Assembly: GCF_006345805.1 (NCBI RefSeq)
Contig: NC_042997.1
Span: forward strand, 106,640,001-106,704,000
Length of the DNA stretch: 64,000 nt
From: Octopus sinensis
Lineage: Eukaryota
Direction of reading: 5' to 3'
In this document: one piece after another, positions 40,227 through 52,420 of the stretch
Layout of the letters: every line of letters starts with the position of its first letter
How positions within the stretch are numbered: position 1 is the stretch's first letter
The notes under the pieces: model-generated
Told to the model about the DNA's origin: nothing
Seen by the model: only the letters and a program-made list of their open reading frames with translations
Database searches by the model: none
Program-made: the position numbers and the translations under genes

Positions 40227-40520
40227 TAGAAGTTCTAATTAGTCAATATATTTAAACTGTAATCAGAACACTTAGAGTAGTTCTAAAAGTGCATAATCAT
40301 AAGCGTTCGCTGTCTTTTCTAAATTCTAAATCCTATTTATCAATTTTATTATATTGTTATAATCCTTGAATAACAAAAAATACAGGGGCATGTTTGATTT
40401 ATAAGTACATGTAATGTGTAAGATTGTTTGTGGGTGCTACTTGAAGTTTACTTAGAAATATCTACTTGGTGAGTAAGTGCGAGTGCGTGCGGGGTCTGCT
40501 TTCTTTTGACGTCAAAACGA
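39230..40520. promoter_or_regulatory. Possible promoter / 5' exon region of an unidentified host gene
   Basis: Non-repeat CpG-rich patch at 39230-39480; donors ag|gtacgt (~39776) and tg|gtgagt (40469); palindrome ttttgacgtcaaaa (CRE core) at 40504-40517. Confidence 0.3.
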
Positions 40521-41115
40521 GTGTTTGTTTACCTTTCTTATTTATTGGCCCAGTAGAAATCCAATTATTTAAATAAATAACGTTAAAAAAGGAGAGAAGA
40601 GATATCGGCGCAGATCGAAAGAAATCTCAGCACATCGTCAATCTCTTATAAATTTCTGTTTACATGGGTCTATAAAACATGATTATGAACTGTCTATTAT
40701 TTATGTACTGAGGCGGCTGTTTACTTAAGATAGATATACTGTTTTTGTGTTGGCGGTGTAAAATATTACATATGGTATAACATATACATGTGTATGTTTT
40801 GTTCATGTAAATACGTATTCCAACATTCGTCAATACGTGGGGGAATACCTTTCGAATTGAAAGTAAATACCTGGTGAACCGAATTTTCGATGCCCAGTTC
40901 TTTGATTTCACTTAGCTACTCAACTATGGGAAAAAGCACGGACCCTATAATTTTCATTCCTCTTACGAAATAGACAATCTAATTATTTGTTGGGAGATAT
41001 CGCTGATCAAAAAAAAAAAAATTGATATATTTTTGGGTTTGTGGGTTTGCCGATTAGATTTTTCACAGGTCTATGTATGTTTGTAAAATGCGAACACACA
41101 TACACACACACGAAC

Positions 41116-41150
<35 letters not shown>

Positions 41151-41324
41151 CTTTATGTATAAATGTTAAGGTTTTGTGTGTGTTATTTTTTTTCCCTAAT
41201 ATTTCAAGAATAGAACGTTTGTTTATTTTGATATGTACTCTTTCTTCCAAAGTGTGAGCATGCGTGTATGTGTGTGTGTGTGTGTGCGTGTGTTATGAGG
41301 ATGTATCTGTTTATAAATAAGTAC

Positions 41325-41590
41325 TCTCACAATTTTAAGGTTATGAGTTCGATGCCTGGTAACGCGCTGTGTCCTTGTGCAAGGCACTCTAAGTTTACTG
41401 CAGTCCACTCAACCGGCAAAAATGAGTTCTACCAGTAATTCAAAGGGTCAGCCTTGCCATATTCTGTGTCTCGCAGAAGCTCCCTAAGAACCACGTGAAG
41501 GGCACGCATGTCTGGGTGCTCAGCCACTTGCTCGTTAATCATTCGAACAGGCTGTTCCACTGATCCTATCTGCTGGAACACTCATCGTAG
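41325..41590 (+). mobile_element. CORE-like SINE (family C-related)
   Basis: gagttcgatgcctgg B-box, gtgtccttgtgcaaggcact..cagtccactcaaccggcaaaaatgagt. Confidence 0.65.
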
Positions 41591-42054
41591 TTACCGACGG
41601 AGTGCCAAAAGATGCTGGTATGTTAAGAAGAACAGCACTTTTATTTGTTTGTCATGACAGAATCATCTCAAACATATGTCTATTTACTTGGAATGATACC
41701 AAATTCATCATTTACGTTCTGCTTGAATTCATTTTTGTTTGGCTCCAGATTCGCTCTGAGCAGACCTATCGTCAAAGGTACTCCAGCCGTGATTCTGCCG
41801 TATTTTTGGTATACACATGAAACGTACGATTACATTGTTCCATATGTCTTTCTCGAAGACAGTCAAGTACAGTTTGAGAGAAATTTTGCTGCTATTTCTA
41901 GCATTTCCGAACAAAACACAGAAGCTCCCTCATTGGTTCGTTTGAATTCGTTATGAAAGATGAATTTTTACGATCTAGATGTCTAACTGATATACTCAAG
42001 CGCATGCATATATATGTGTTTATATACACACAAACATCTTAAATATAACTATAA

Positions 42055-42153
42055 GGCGAAGGTAAAGAATACGCACACCATCCGTTTTCGGCGTTCAGGG
42101 TTAGGGTTAGGGTTACGCCGAGAACGGGTGGTGTGCGTATTCTTTACCTCCGC
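42055..42153. repeat. Foldback with ~40-bp stem and telomere-repeat loop
   Basis: ggtaaagaatacgcacaccatccgttttcggcgt / acgccgagaacgggtggtgtgcgtattctttacc enclose tcagggttagggttagggtt. Confidence 0.9.
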
Positions 42154-42720
42154 TGTTTATGGGGACGTAAAGCAACTAACACGGGTTGTCAAGCGGTAGT
42201 GGTGGGGCAAACACAAATACACACATACACACGCGCACGCACATGCATACACCCCCACACACATATACACACATTCATACACATGAACACAGACATACAC
42301 ACAAACACACAAGGCCGTCCTAGCATTGTAGCACCACGGGTAAATCAAAGTACTTGGTCATATAGTATTTATGGTACATTTTTTTACCGTATTTGTTTAT
42401 TAACAGCAAGCAAAGCATACATAGATCAGAATTTCGACCCTCAACCAGTTGAAGCCCCAGGGCAACTGCCCAATGTATAAACGCCTTACGACGGTACTAT
42501 ACACACACACACACACACAGAGTAAACGTTTCTGGATAATTTCCCTTCTTCGGTACTGGACAACCGCCTGGCTAGAGACAGCAGCCAGCCGACCTTACTC
42601 ACAGTATATACTTACCTAAGCGGATATGTATATATATATATATATATATCGCCATGTTGATTCGCTAGCTTCTGCACGCATTTTTTCCCCTCCTTGTTTC
42701 TTTCCCTATTTCTTTTCTGT

Positions 42721-42763
42721 GTATCTTTCTGTTCAGGAGCGTAGGCTCGAAACGTAAAAGACT
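42721..42763 (+). ncRNA. Degenerate minimal type I hammerhead-like motif
   Basis: tcttt-CTGTTCA-g-gagc gtag gctc-GAAAC-GTA-aaaga. Confidence 0.4.
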
Positions 42764-42857
42764 TGTTTTATTTATATTCCTGAGCGCCATACTAATACAA
42801 TTGTTTGTTTGTATTCCACCTGCCTTCGTCTTTTGTTTATTTTCATAAAGCTTCCCG

Positions 42858-42901
<44 letters not shown>

Positions 42902-42996
42902 CGGGAAGCTTTATGAAAATAAACAAAAGACGAAGGCAGGTGGAATACAAACAAACAATTGTATTAGTATGGCGCTCAGGAATATAAATAAAACAA

Positions 42997-43038
42997 GTCT
43001 TTAACGTTTCGAGCCTACGCTCTTCAACAGAAAGATAC
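42997..43038 (-). ncRNA. Minimal type I hammerhead-like motif, non-canonical core
   Basis: tcttt-CTGTTGA-a-gagc gtag gctc-GAAAC-GTT-aaaga: stem I and stem II pair, AACGTT palindrome in place of stem III. Confidence 0.55.
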
Positions 43039-43963
43039 ACAGAGAGAGAAAAACACAGAAAGAAGGAGATATATATATATATATATATTATGATATGTAG
43101 AAAAATACAAACTGAGACAAGAACGCATAAAAACTTAGAAGACGATACAACAAACACAGACAGGACATTCGAAGCCCTCAGTCTTCAGTCAAGAACCGGA
43201 TCATCGTAGTAATTTCGGCTGATTAATCTTGATACACACACACACACACGCATGCACACACACATATACATGCACGCACACACACGTACGCGCACATATA
43301 CACATACATACATACATACATACATACATACACACATACACACATTCATACCGGGTTTGCGAGGTGTGCGCTGCACACCCATCGAAAATGGCAAATTCAT
43401 TATAAACCTTACTCATTAATCTAATCGCATCTTAATGGAAAATTTTTGTTATGCACCTGCTTGCAATTTGGTAGCATTGCGGAGTGGCAGGACGACCCAA
43501 TACAACAACCACCATACCATACACGTGAATCTGTGCATCTGTTGAATTCAAGCGTAAATATATATGTAGAGCCATGCATGTGTATATGTAACACTAAATA
43601 CATTCTGATTTTCCGCCTTGATATCCAGCATCCCACAATAAAACTATTTTTTTGTGAATTGGAATATTGGACAGATCCTCAGACGATTTCGCAATAACCT
43701 GTAGTTTTCCTATGACAAGAATTTCAAAAAATAGAAAAGTATAGGTAAAATCATAGGATAGGCATGTATGTTTGAATGAGCTTCTGTGTGTTGATGAGCA
43801 CACACGCACACACACACAAATAGAGAGAAAAAGTGAAAGAGTGATGTATATATATATAAATATATATACCTATATATAGATTTATACGTATATGCAGATA
43901 TATACATTTGTATGTATATATGAATATATCTATATCTATCTATCTATCTATCTATCTAGCCAG

Positions 43964-44067
<104 letters not shown>

Positions 44068-44445
44068 ACAACAAAAGAATGAAAGAGACCTCGATATTAT
44101 GTGAATAGAGAAATTTATCTGTAAATGTAATATGTGACAATTATTCGGTAACCATGATAAAACTCCGAGTTTCGAATGCCGAGATGGAAAACCACGCCGC
44201 CATCTTTTCAGTTATCCGGCCATCGGAAAAAATGCTATGAAAATGACCGTTATATAAAGGGAAATAAATGTGTGATTGACCGTTATTAAGACAAAAGATC
44301 TATTTGAATGACTGCTAAGTGAGGGGAGGGAGTAAAAGTAAGGGGGTAAAAATGTTCATAGTATTCGCGTAAGCGCGCATATATATATATATGAAATATA
44401 TATATATATATATATTTCTAATTCTATACCACGCACACACATACA

Positions 44446-44481
<36 letters not shown>

Positions 44482-44526
44482 AGTAGAATTAGAAATAGAA
44501 AGTCTTTGATACATATATTGTATCAT

Positions 44527-44958
44527 ATATTGTCCTCAAAAATTTGTCCTACGAAGAAAGGCTGAGGACGCTCGACCTTTATTCTCTTGAAAAACGCCGC
44601 CGCCATGGTGATCTCATTCTCGCCTACAACATCATAACCGGAAAGTGTAACCTCTCGAAAGAGCTGTTCTTCACTCCTGCTCCAGAGCGTCGGCTGCGGG
44701 GTCATTCCGAAAAGCTCTACCTGCGACGATTTCATCTCAATCGAAGGAGAGGAGCTTTCTCCGTCCGGGTTGCGGATCCGTGGAACAAGCTGCCAGACGA
44801 GATGGTGAAGATGCCGACGACCGCTTTGTTCAAAGCCTCCCTGGACCTCAAGTGGCCTGAACTCTTTACATGAACACCACCCTGTACTTAACTCCATGTC
44901 CCCCTACATGGCCTTGCTATTTGCTTTTGAGCCAAATTAACTAACTAACTAACTAACT
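44527..44958 (+). mobile_element. CR1-clade LINE 3' end, uninterrupted frame, (CTAA)n tail
   Basis: SYEERLRTLDLYSLEKRRRHGDLILAY..LRGHSEKL..FSVRVADPWNKLP..FKASLD; tail ctaactaactaacta. Confidence 0.92.
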
Positions 44959-45588
44959 ATAATTGTATTATCTCATATGGTACATATATACTTCTTTTTC
45001 TTCTTTCGGTCGCGCTGCTTTCGCAGATTCCTATGACTCTCGGTCGCCATCCAATTCCATTATGAATTTGAACTGGGAGCTCGAGTCATAGGGAATTTTC
45101 CATTAGCTGATTATACAACCATGGGCACCTCCCCTATGGATGCGTTGTAGTTACTCTCTTGATGGAGCTTGGTGATTTTGACCATTGCTCTTCTGGAATT
45201 CCTCTTCCGCTATCTCTTCACAATCCGCCATGCTGCAGTTCCATGACTCAGCCTTATTTCTGGCAGGGTGCTATACCTTGCGAAAGGGCAGCCCATAACT
45301 ATGCAGGGTACGGTCGTCACTGCGTAAGGTATCCTCAAAATACCCGCATATAACACATATAATACATGTATTATGTAAAAAAAACACTCTGCTCGTTGCG
45401 ATAGCAAATGAAATAGAAATAAATTATAAAACTTTATTCTTTCGATGTGACCCTGAAGATGGGGATCCCTGGTATAGAGCATGGTACCAGGCTTAAAAAA
45501 ACAAAAAGAAAATGCTACTAGGGTCGATTTATCCGACTAAACACTCTCAGGTGGTGTTCTAGCATGGCTGGAATCTAGACTGACACAA

Positions 45589-45622
<34 letters not shown>

Positions 45623-46134
45623 ACATACACACATACATAGCGTGGTCAAACTACATGTACTGAAGCACTACTAATAGTTTCATATGTCGAGAGAACTCAA
45701 ACATATTCTTCAGGCGTAAACCACGTATAACGAACTAAAGAAATTGATTAATAGAAGAAACGCGAAATAAACTGAGAACTAATTTAGGTGCAATATGGTT
45801 AGAAACAGTGTGGTGCGGAAACAATTGTAACGAATAATAAAAGTCGTGTCATTTATTCTTCGTCTTTCTTACTTATATGTTACTCTTCGAAATCTAAATA
45901 CATACACGCTGTTTTTACCAGTAAGGAATTTCGAGTTTTTTTGTACCAGCGAACTTGGAAGTTTTCTCAAAGTTGTAATGTGTGTATATATGTGTACATA
46001 TATATATATATAGGAGAATTCACCAAAAAAAAAAAGACGAAGACAGGTGGGTGGTGTAGACAACAAACTCTTCCCGAGCGTTATTAGTATAATGCTCGGG
46101 AAGTGAAAAAGTCTTTAACGTGTACATATATATA

Positions 46135-46211
<77 letters not shown>

Positions 46212-46604
46212 CAAGAGAGACTCAACTTGACAAACTAATATCATTTCCTCGTGTGTAGAATTATAAATGCAGGCTTTTATCCCTTTTATTGGCTTGCTCA
46301 ATGTGATCTGACCCGAGGCAAAGGAAAACAACTATACGAGTAGCTCGAAGAGATGCTGTCCCCACTGTTCATCGTCTCTACCACTAATTATAACTTTCTC
46401 TTAACTGACATGCGTTTTACTTGTGCTGCAGCAAGACCTACTCATTTTTATCATCATTCTTAATATGTCCCACTTCCAAATCATTCTTCCTAGAACAGTT
46501 TTTGGACTTCTTCAAGCAAGAGTTCAGTTTGTTTTTTTGTTTCTTGCTTAAAAATGCAGTATTTTTTTTTTTGTCTTGAATATTACGATCTTGCTATATT
46601 TAAT

Positions 46605-46798
46605 GGTTTTTATAATTTTGGCACAAGGCCAGCAATTTTCAGGAGAAGGAGAAGTCGATTACTGGTTCTTATTTTATCGACTACGAAAGGATAACAAAGT
46701 CGACCTCGGCAGCATTTAATCTCAGAACGTAAAGGGCCAAAAGAAATGCTGCTAAGCATTTTTCCCGGCGTGGTAACGATTCTATTAGCTCGCCGCCT
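46605..46798 (-). mobile_element. SINE family B-related copy
   Basis: caaagtcgacctcggcagcatttaatctcagaacg..ctattagctcgccgcc. Confidence 0.75.
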
Positions 46799-47048
46799 TT
46801 TGCTATATTTCATCGTACTCTTCTGATAAGGGTGTCGCTATCATTCTTAAATTATTTCCTTAGCTAATTTTTTTATATATAGCTATGCAAATTATCTTTA
46901 ACAAAATACATTGTGTTGTTTTTTTCTTCTGTCTGTATAAATCTCTGTCCATTTATCAAAGCAAGTGTGGGATGACTATGCTTCACTGATGAAGTTTAAG
47001 AAGACCGAGATGTGTCCTGCTGTCACTTTAACGGCTTATAAAGATCAA

Positions 47049-47079
<31 letters not shown>

Positions 47080-47217
47080 AATTCGATTCTTTTACTGAAA
47101 TTAATTCTTCAGTTTTTGAAATATATCTCCTACTCCTTGAATGTAACTAACAATTACCTGTTGATGCTTTGTTTTCTTCCTTCAGCTAAGAGGCAGATTT
47201 CAATTCAGTTCATTGAG

Positions 47218-47500
47218 AGTTTTATCCCATCTCAATCACAGTTTTTTTATTCATTTTTTTAAAACTAAGCAGTTTGAAACTTCGAATTTTGGTAGAATTT
47301 CTCGCGTAGAACACGGTTTACTCTGAACGTTATTGGCAAAATTTGGTATTTTAGAAGTTATTTCGTGTTGAAGTTGTTGTATTTGGGTAATTTCAACCAA
47401 TCAACGACATGTATTTGGATGAAGAAAGCTACTGCCGTTTGCGATAGTAATCGAAGAGGAACAACTTCCAGGTCATTTCTACTAAATGTCACGACTCTGT
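47218..47500 (-). repeat. Repeat arm, inverted relative to 49725-50008
   Basis: Collinear revcomp match over ~280 bp (atctcaatcacag..ggtagaatttctcgcgtagaacacgg..ctactaaatgtcac). Confidence 0.85.
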
Positions 47501-47854
47501 TCGAAGAATTACAGCTAGCTCTTTTGTTGTTGACGTATAATGTAGTTTGAAAATGCCTTATTTTACAACTATGAGATGTATAATGAAATTGAAGGCTTGT
47601 GATACCTGTGGAGTATCTCCTTCTCTCTGTAGTCATAAGGAAGTTAGAGCGGGATAAGAGTCTGCTGTGAGTTGGCAGCTTCGCAGTGTTTCTCAACGTA
47701 AGCGAGAAAAAAAGAAAGAGATGATTTTTTTTATTACCCACAAGGGGCCAACAAAGAGGGGACAATACAAACACGTGGGGACATATAAAAACGAAAAAAT
47801 AAATAAAAATGAAAAAAAAATTAAAATTAAAATGTATGATATACACGAATGATA

Positions 47855-49345
47855 CAATGAAAATGAAAATGAGCTACTTACTCCACCTCAAGCAGCCTCA
47901 CTTGCTTCCTTTTATCTTTTAAATTCCGAGTCCTTTAAAATGTCTATACCATGTTTCTCGGTCAGTTCCTCGTACTTTAAATCACAATTCACCTTCCAAC
48001 ACTCATAACCCCTCTTGAATTTCAATATTTCGTCATTTTGGCTTTCGGACACCAGGACACATGAGTGCTATCCATCAATGTTTGTCCATCCTTTGATATG
48101 GACAAATCTTGCAGTCTTCCATTTTGTTATCTTATTGAGCAATTCCTTGTCCACAGCTTCAACCATCATGCACGCGAAACAATTTTCAGTGGAAGAGTGA
48201 GTTTGTTGATCCTTTTGATTTTGTATTTCTTTTTCTCTTGCTTTGTGTATGAGGGGAATGGGTGGGTTTGGTGTCTATGGGGGAGGGTGGGTCAGAGAGG
48301 TATGGGTGGGTGGGTATGGTTTGGGGTTCTACTTCACTCTGCCCTTTCTTCCTCATCCTTTTTGTTCCTTTAGCTACCATCCACTGTTCTTCGTTTCTCT
48401 TTTCTTCCTGTTGCACCTTCTCCGGCTCCTTTGCAACTTCCTCCTGACTTCTTTGCTTCTGTAGAGGGCAGTGTGCTCTAATGTGACCTTTGTGGCCACA
48501 TTTAAAGCAACGAGGGGTTCTACTCTCCACCCACACTCTCAACACTACATCTCCAATGGCCACCGTTTCAACCACATTTTCCAGTGTTTCTGCAGTGGCC
48601 TGTATGATCAGGTCCAATATTTGGCCTTTCCATACTGAATCTTCTGTTTTCGTGGCTTGGAGGACAGCTATTTTTTCTTTACTTCCTAGAAGAAAAGCTG
48701 CCGCAACCCAAACCACATCTATTTCCGGTGGGATTCCCTCCACTCTAATTCTGGAAGTCAGTCTTCCAAGATAAGTGGGTAGAAGGACCACTTTATCTGT
48801 CTTTACTATGGTTACTGCGAGTTCTTCTGCTTTCCCTTCTGACTTGAAATGAACCACAATTGTTTCGTATCTGTTTCCTCTGGCAGACAGAGCACAACGT
48901 CTTTTCTATTATTTCTGCCTCAACATTTTCAATTTTCCTTTCTTCCACTGAATACACCTTATATATTACTGTTTTCTTACCCATTTCTTCCAATACTTTG
49001 TGTGGTGGTGACAACTTCACGTTACCACCCCTACATGCCATTTTCTCGTATTTCTCCATGTCAGGTCCACCTCCTTTTTTGTGACTTCTGTTACTTCCGC
49101 AAAAAATTTTCTTCCTTAAGCACTTGTCTATTCTATCAACTGCTCGTACGAGCTCCTCCTCCGAAGAGAACAATTTGTACCCACTAAGGTCCGAATAGAA
49201 CATGTTCCTTACTGTTGACATTGCTGACCCTCCTCAAGGCGGAGAGAAAGCACAACCAGAAAACCGCTGCAGAGCAGCACAAGACAGTCGACTACTCCTC
49301 ACACAATCAGTAAACACATCAGCACGATACGAACTTTATGAGTGA
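47855..49345 (-). mobile_element. Tx1/L1-like LINE 5' half with ORF1 (49221 to ~48000, frameshifted) and intact CCHC knuckle; no ORF2 seen
   Basis: VLLPTYLGRLTSRIRVEGIPP..VWVESRTPRCFKCGHKGHIRAHC; ends in cattttcattttcattg. Confidence 0.8.
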
Positions 49346-49724
49346 GAAAGAAGAAAGAGCGAGAATGTCTTAATTCTCCTGCTTAAATTGTCATTGCCGG
49401 CGAGAGTCTCGCTGTCGTCTCGCGCATGGCAAGTGGTTGCAGGCGAGATCTCGCTCCTGTCTCGGACATGGTAATGGCTAACGGCGAGATCTCGTACAAA
49501 ATGGCTCTGGTTTCTTGTGCCTCGCTACAGATGTATTGTTATTGTCATGATTTTATCTTACTATAATCAACAACAAACATTTCGTCAATATAAAAGTCTT
49601 TATTAGATAAAAATAATAGCATTATCAAAATATGAAGGTAAAACAAAACAAATAGCGGCTTATTACACCGGCTGACTAGAAAGGAAGAAAGGATACAGGT
49701 GGTTCGCTCGCCATACGAATACAA

Positions 49725-50008
49725 CAGAGTGGTGACATTTAGTAGAGATGGCCCGGAAGTTGTTCCTCTTCGATTTCTATCGCAAACAGCAATAGCTTTC
49801 TTCAACCGAATCCACATCGTTGATTGGCTGAAATTACCCAAATACAACAACTTTAACACGAAATAACTTCTAAAATACCAAATTTTGCCAATAACGTTCA
49901 GAGTAAACCGTGTTCTACGCGAGAAATTCTACCAGTATACGAAGTTTTAAACTCTTTATCTAAAAAAAAAAATCATGAAAAAATCTGTGATTGAGATAGA
50001 ATAGATCC
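49725..50008 (+). repeat. Repeat arm, inverted relative to 47218-47500
   Basis: See 47218-47500. Confidence 0.85.
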
Positions 50009-50724
50009 GAGTTTTGTTGCGTATAACATTCAGTACGTAACTGCTTACGGGATTAAGCTCAAGGTTAGACTTAAGGCCGATTTAGTGAAATCAATGATTG
50101 CTGAATAAACTCGTATTTTTTCAATGACGTTGTTTTGTTTAGCCCATATAATTAAATAATAATTTCAATTTATCAGCAAATACAATATTTGTTGTTGTTG
50201 TTGTCGTCGTCGTTGTCGGTGTTGTTTAGCCCAAGGTCAGTCGTTTCTTGATCAATGTTGACTTGAGAGGTTAAAATAGCAATAATTTCGATGACTTGCA
50301 TATTTATTCCTTAATACGTTGGAACGCAAATAAGCTAATCGCGATTAGCAACTTTTTTTGTTTGTATTAAGAATAAATGTGCTAGTCGTCGTTTCGATTC
50401 TCGCTATTCACCGAACAGATAACGATTTATTAACAGTAATTTAATTTTCTACAACTGTAAGTCTACCTGTTCTCTGAATTAGGGCGTTTTCCCATAAATT
50501 CCAAACCTTCTCCCTGAAAGACATGCTAACTTAAATATATTCTTTTATTCTTTTACTTGTTTCAGTCATTTCACTGCGGCCATGCTAGAGCACTGCCTTT
50601 TAGTCGAACAAATATTGTTATTGCTGTTGTTTAAACCCCGGGTCATCCCTGATCTACATTTGAAGCATTCCTGCCGTGATTAATGTTCTTTTTTATTTTT
50701 GTTTTTCATTATTTTACGCGTTTT

Positions 50725-51437
50725 CCAAAATTTTACACATTTTAATAACAATCAATTTTTTTTTCTCTTATTTGCTTTCCTCGTAGTTTTTCATGTCAGA
50801 TGTAAAGGTGAAGAGGGTTAACTTGGACGCTGTTAAGTAATGGCGATGTTTAGTGTTTGTATGTGGTGATAAGTTTTGACTGTTTTGTTTTTTTTTTAAT
50901 AGGGATAATTGATTGATAACGAATCTTAACACAATATATAGACAACTTGAAGTGGAATTGGACGCCATAAGAGAAACAGAGAGAGGAAAGAAGAGAGACA
51001 GCGTAGCAAAGGTTTTGTCTGACTGTCATCCTGTACTCCCCTTGTTGCTAGCGAAATGGTATGTGCCGGCTGTCTGAGCAACTGGTTGCTTTTAATGGCG
51101 GAACAAACAGGACAAAAAGATTACAAAAATAGCTATTCTCACTTTGAAACTAAGAATTTTGCAAATCTTTTTATATTACGGAACGCCCCGCGCTCTCATG
51201 TATCCATGTTTAAAATTTCAGCGCGATCGGATGAACAATATTCGAGTTATCAATCAATTATCCTTATTGAAAAAAAAAACAGTCAAAACTTACCACCACA
51301 TAGACTCTCCAAACATCGCCACTACTTAACAGTATCCAAGTTAACCCTCTTCACCTTTACATCTGACATGAAAAACTACGAGGAAAGCAAATAAGAGAAA
51401 AAAATTGATTGCTATTAAAACGCGTAAAATTTTGGGG
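50725..51437. mobile_element. MITE/foldback with ~200-bp TIRs
   Basis: 50725-50925 matches the revcomp of 51243-51437; right end GGGG-TTAA is piggyBac-like but there is no TTAA at the left end. Confidence 0.8.
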
Positions 51438-52270
51438 TTAATAATCTTAATCTTTAGTTACGGTTTCTCATTCAAACTACATAACAGGCAGAATTGTCGG
51501 ATTAAGACAGTAGGGTGTTTTCAGGGAGATTTGGCTGCTATTTCAACCAGGTCTACTACAATATAGAGGTCTCCTTCATTGGCTTATACATATATACATA
51601 AAATTGAAATAAAATACTTAAAGCAACAAGCGTCAAATATAAAAGCCAAGGTCCATGCAGTGTCATGGGCCAAAAAAATTTCCAACGTCTTGCCTAATGC
51701 GAGCCCAGAGCACAATCTCTTACAGTATTTCAGTATTACCTTTCTATTGTAATGTGAGATACTGTCCCATATATGTATATTCCTTACGCATTCCAAAACC
51801 GAGTTACAGATTTTGATGTATGGGGTATCAAAAGATTCAGTACTATTTCGGCTACAAATTAAACTTAATTTCCATTTACATGTTTGCATTTCAAAGATTT
51901 AACATTGTCTTTTCTATAAATCAACTATCGTAAACATTTTATATGATGACATCACATTTTCTATATGCGTGTGTACCTTAAAAGACATCAATCATCACGA
52001 CACACATCTTCACTCACTACTTCTATCTCTCTTTCTCACCCTCTTTCTCTCTCACATACACGCACGCACACACATGCATACACACACGTCCATTTCATAT
52101 AGATATACGTACATTTTTCACTGTCTTTCTCTGTTCTTTTCGCTTTCTCTTCTTTCAATTTCTGCTCTCTTCAAATAAATCTTTGCGGATACAACTGCTT
52201 ACAAAAATAGGGATTAATGTATAATTTCTTTCTATGTTCATAATTTTTTGTTTACAACATTGAAAAAAAT

Positions 52271-52420
52271 ATGCCACCAAAGAAAAGATGCAATCTCTCC
52301 AGAAACAAGTATAAAGCAAGGGGGATTGTAGAAAACCGAAGGCGAGAGTCTGAAGAGAGAAGCGAGATGAGATTTTCTCAAGATCAGCAAATGCATGTTG
52401 CAGCACTTAATACTGGATCA
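52271..52420 (+). pseudogene. Possible Helitron RepHel N-terminal relic; candidate 3' hairpin end at 53256-53298
   Basis: MPPKKRCNLSRN..RRRESEERSEMR resembles RepHel N-termini; cccgc..gcgggtatacttgt resembles a Helitron hairpin plus CTAG end. Confidence 0.35.

Larger units (their letters stand above)
42716..43043. repeat. ~330-bp palindrome centred on (TA)n; arms are Penelope-like repeat ends
   Basis: The inner ~100 bp of the two arms are exact reverse complements; the outer 40 bp differ at about 3 positions. Confidence 0.92.

Noticed and set aside
45140-45340. Possible Helitron linker peptide on the minus strand (RTLHSYGLP)
   Set aside because: Single weak motif with stops; not enough to call
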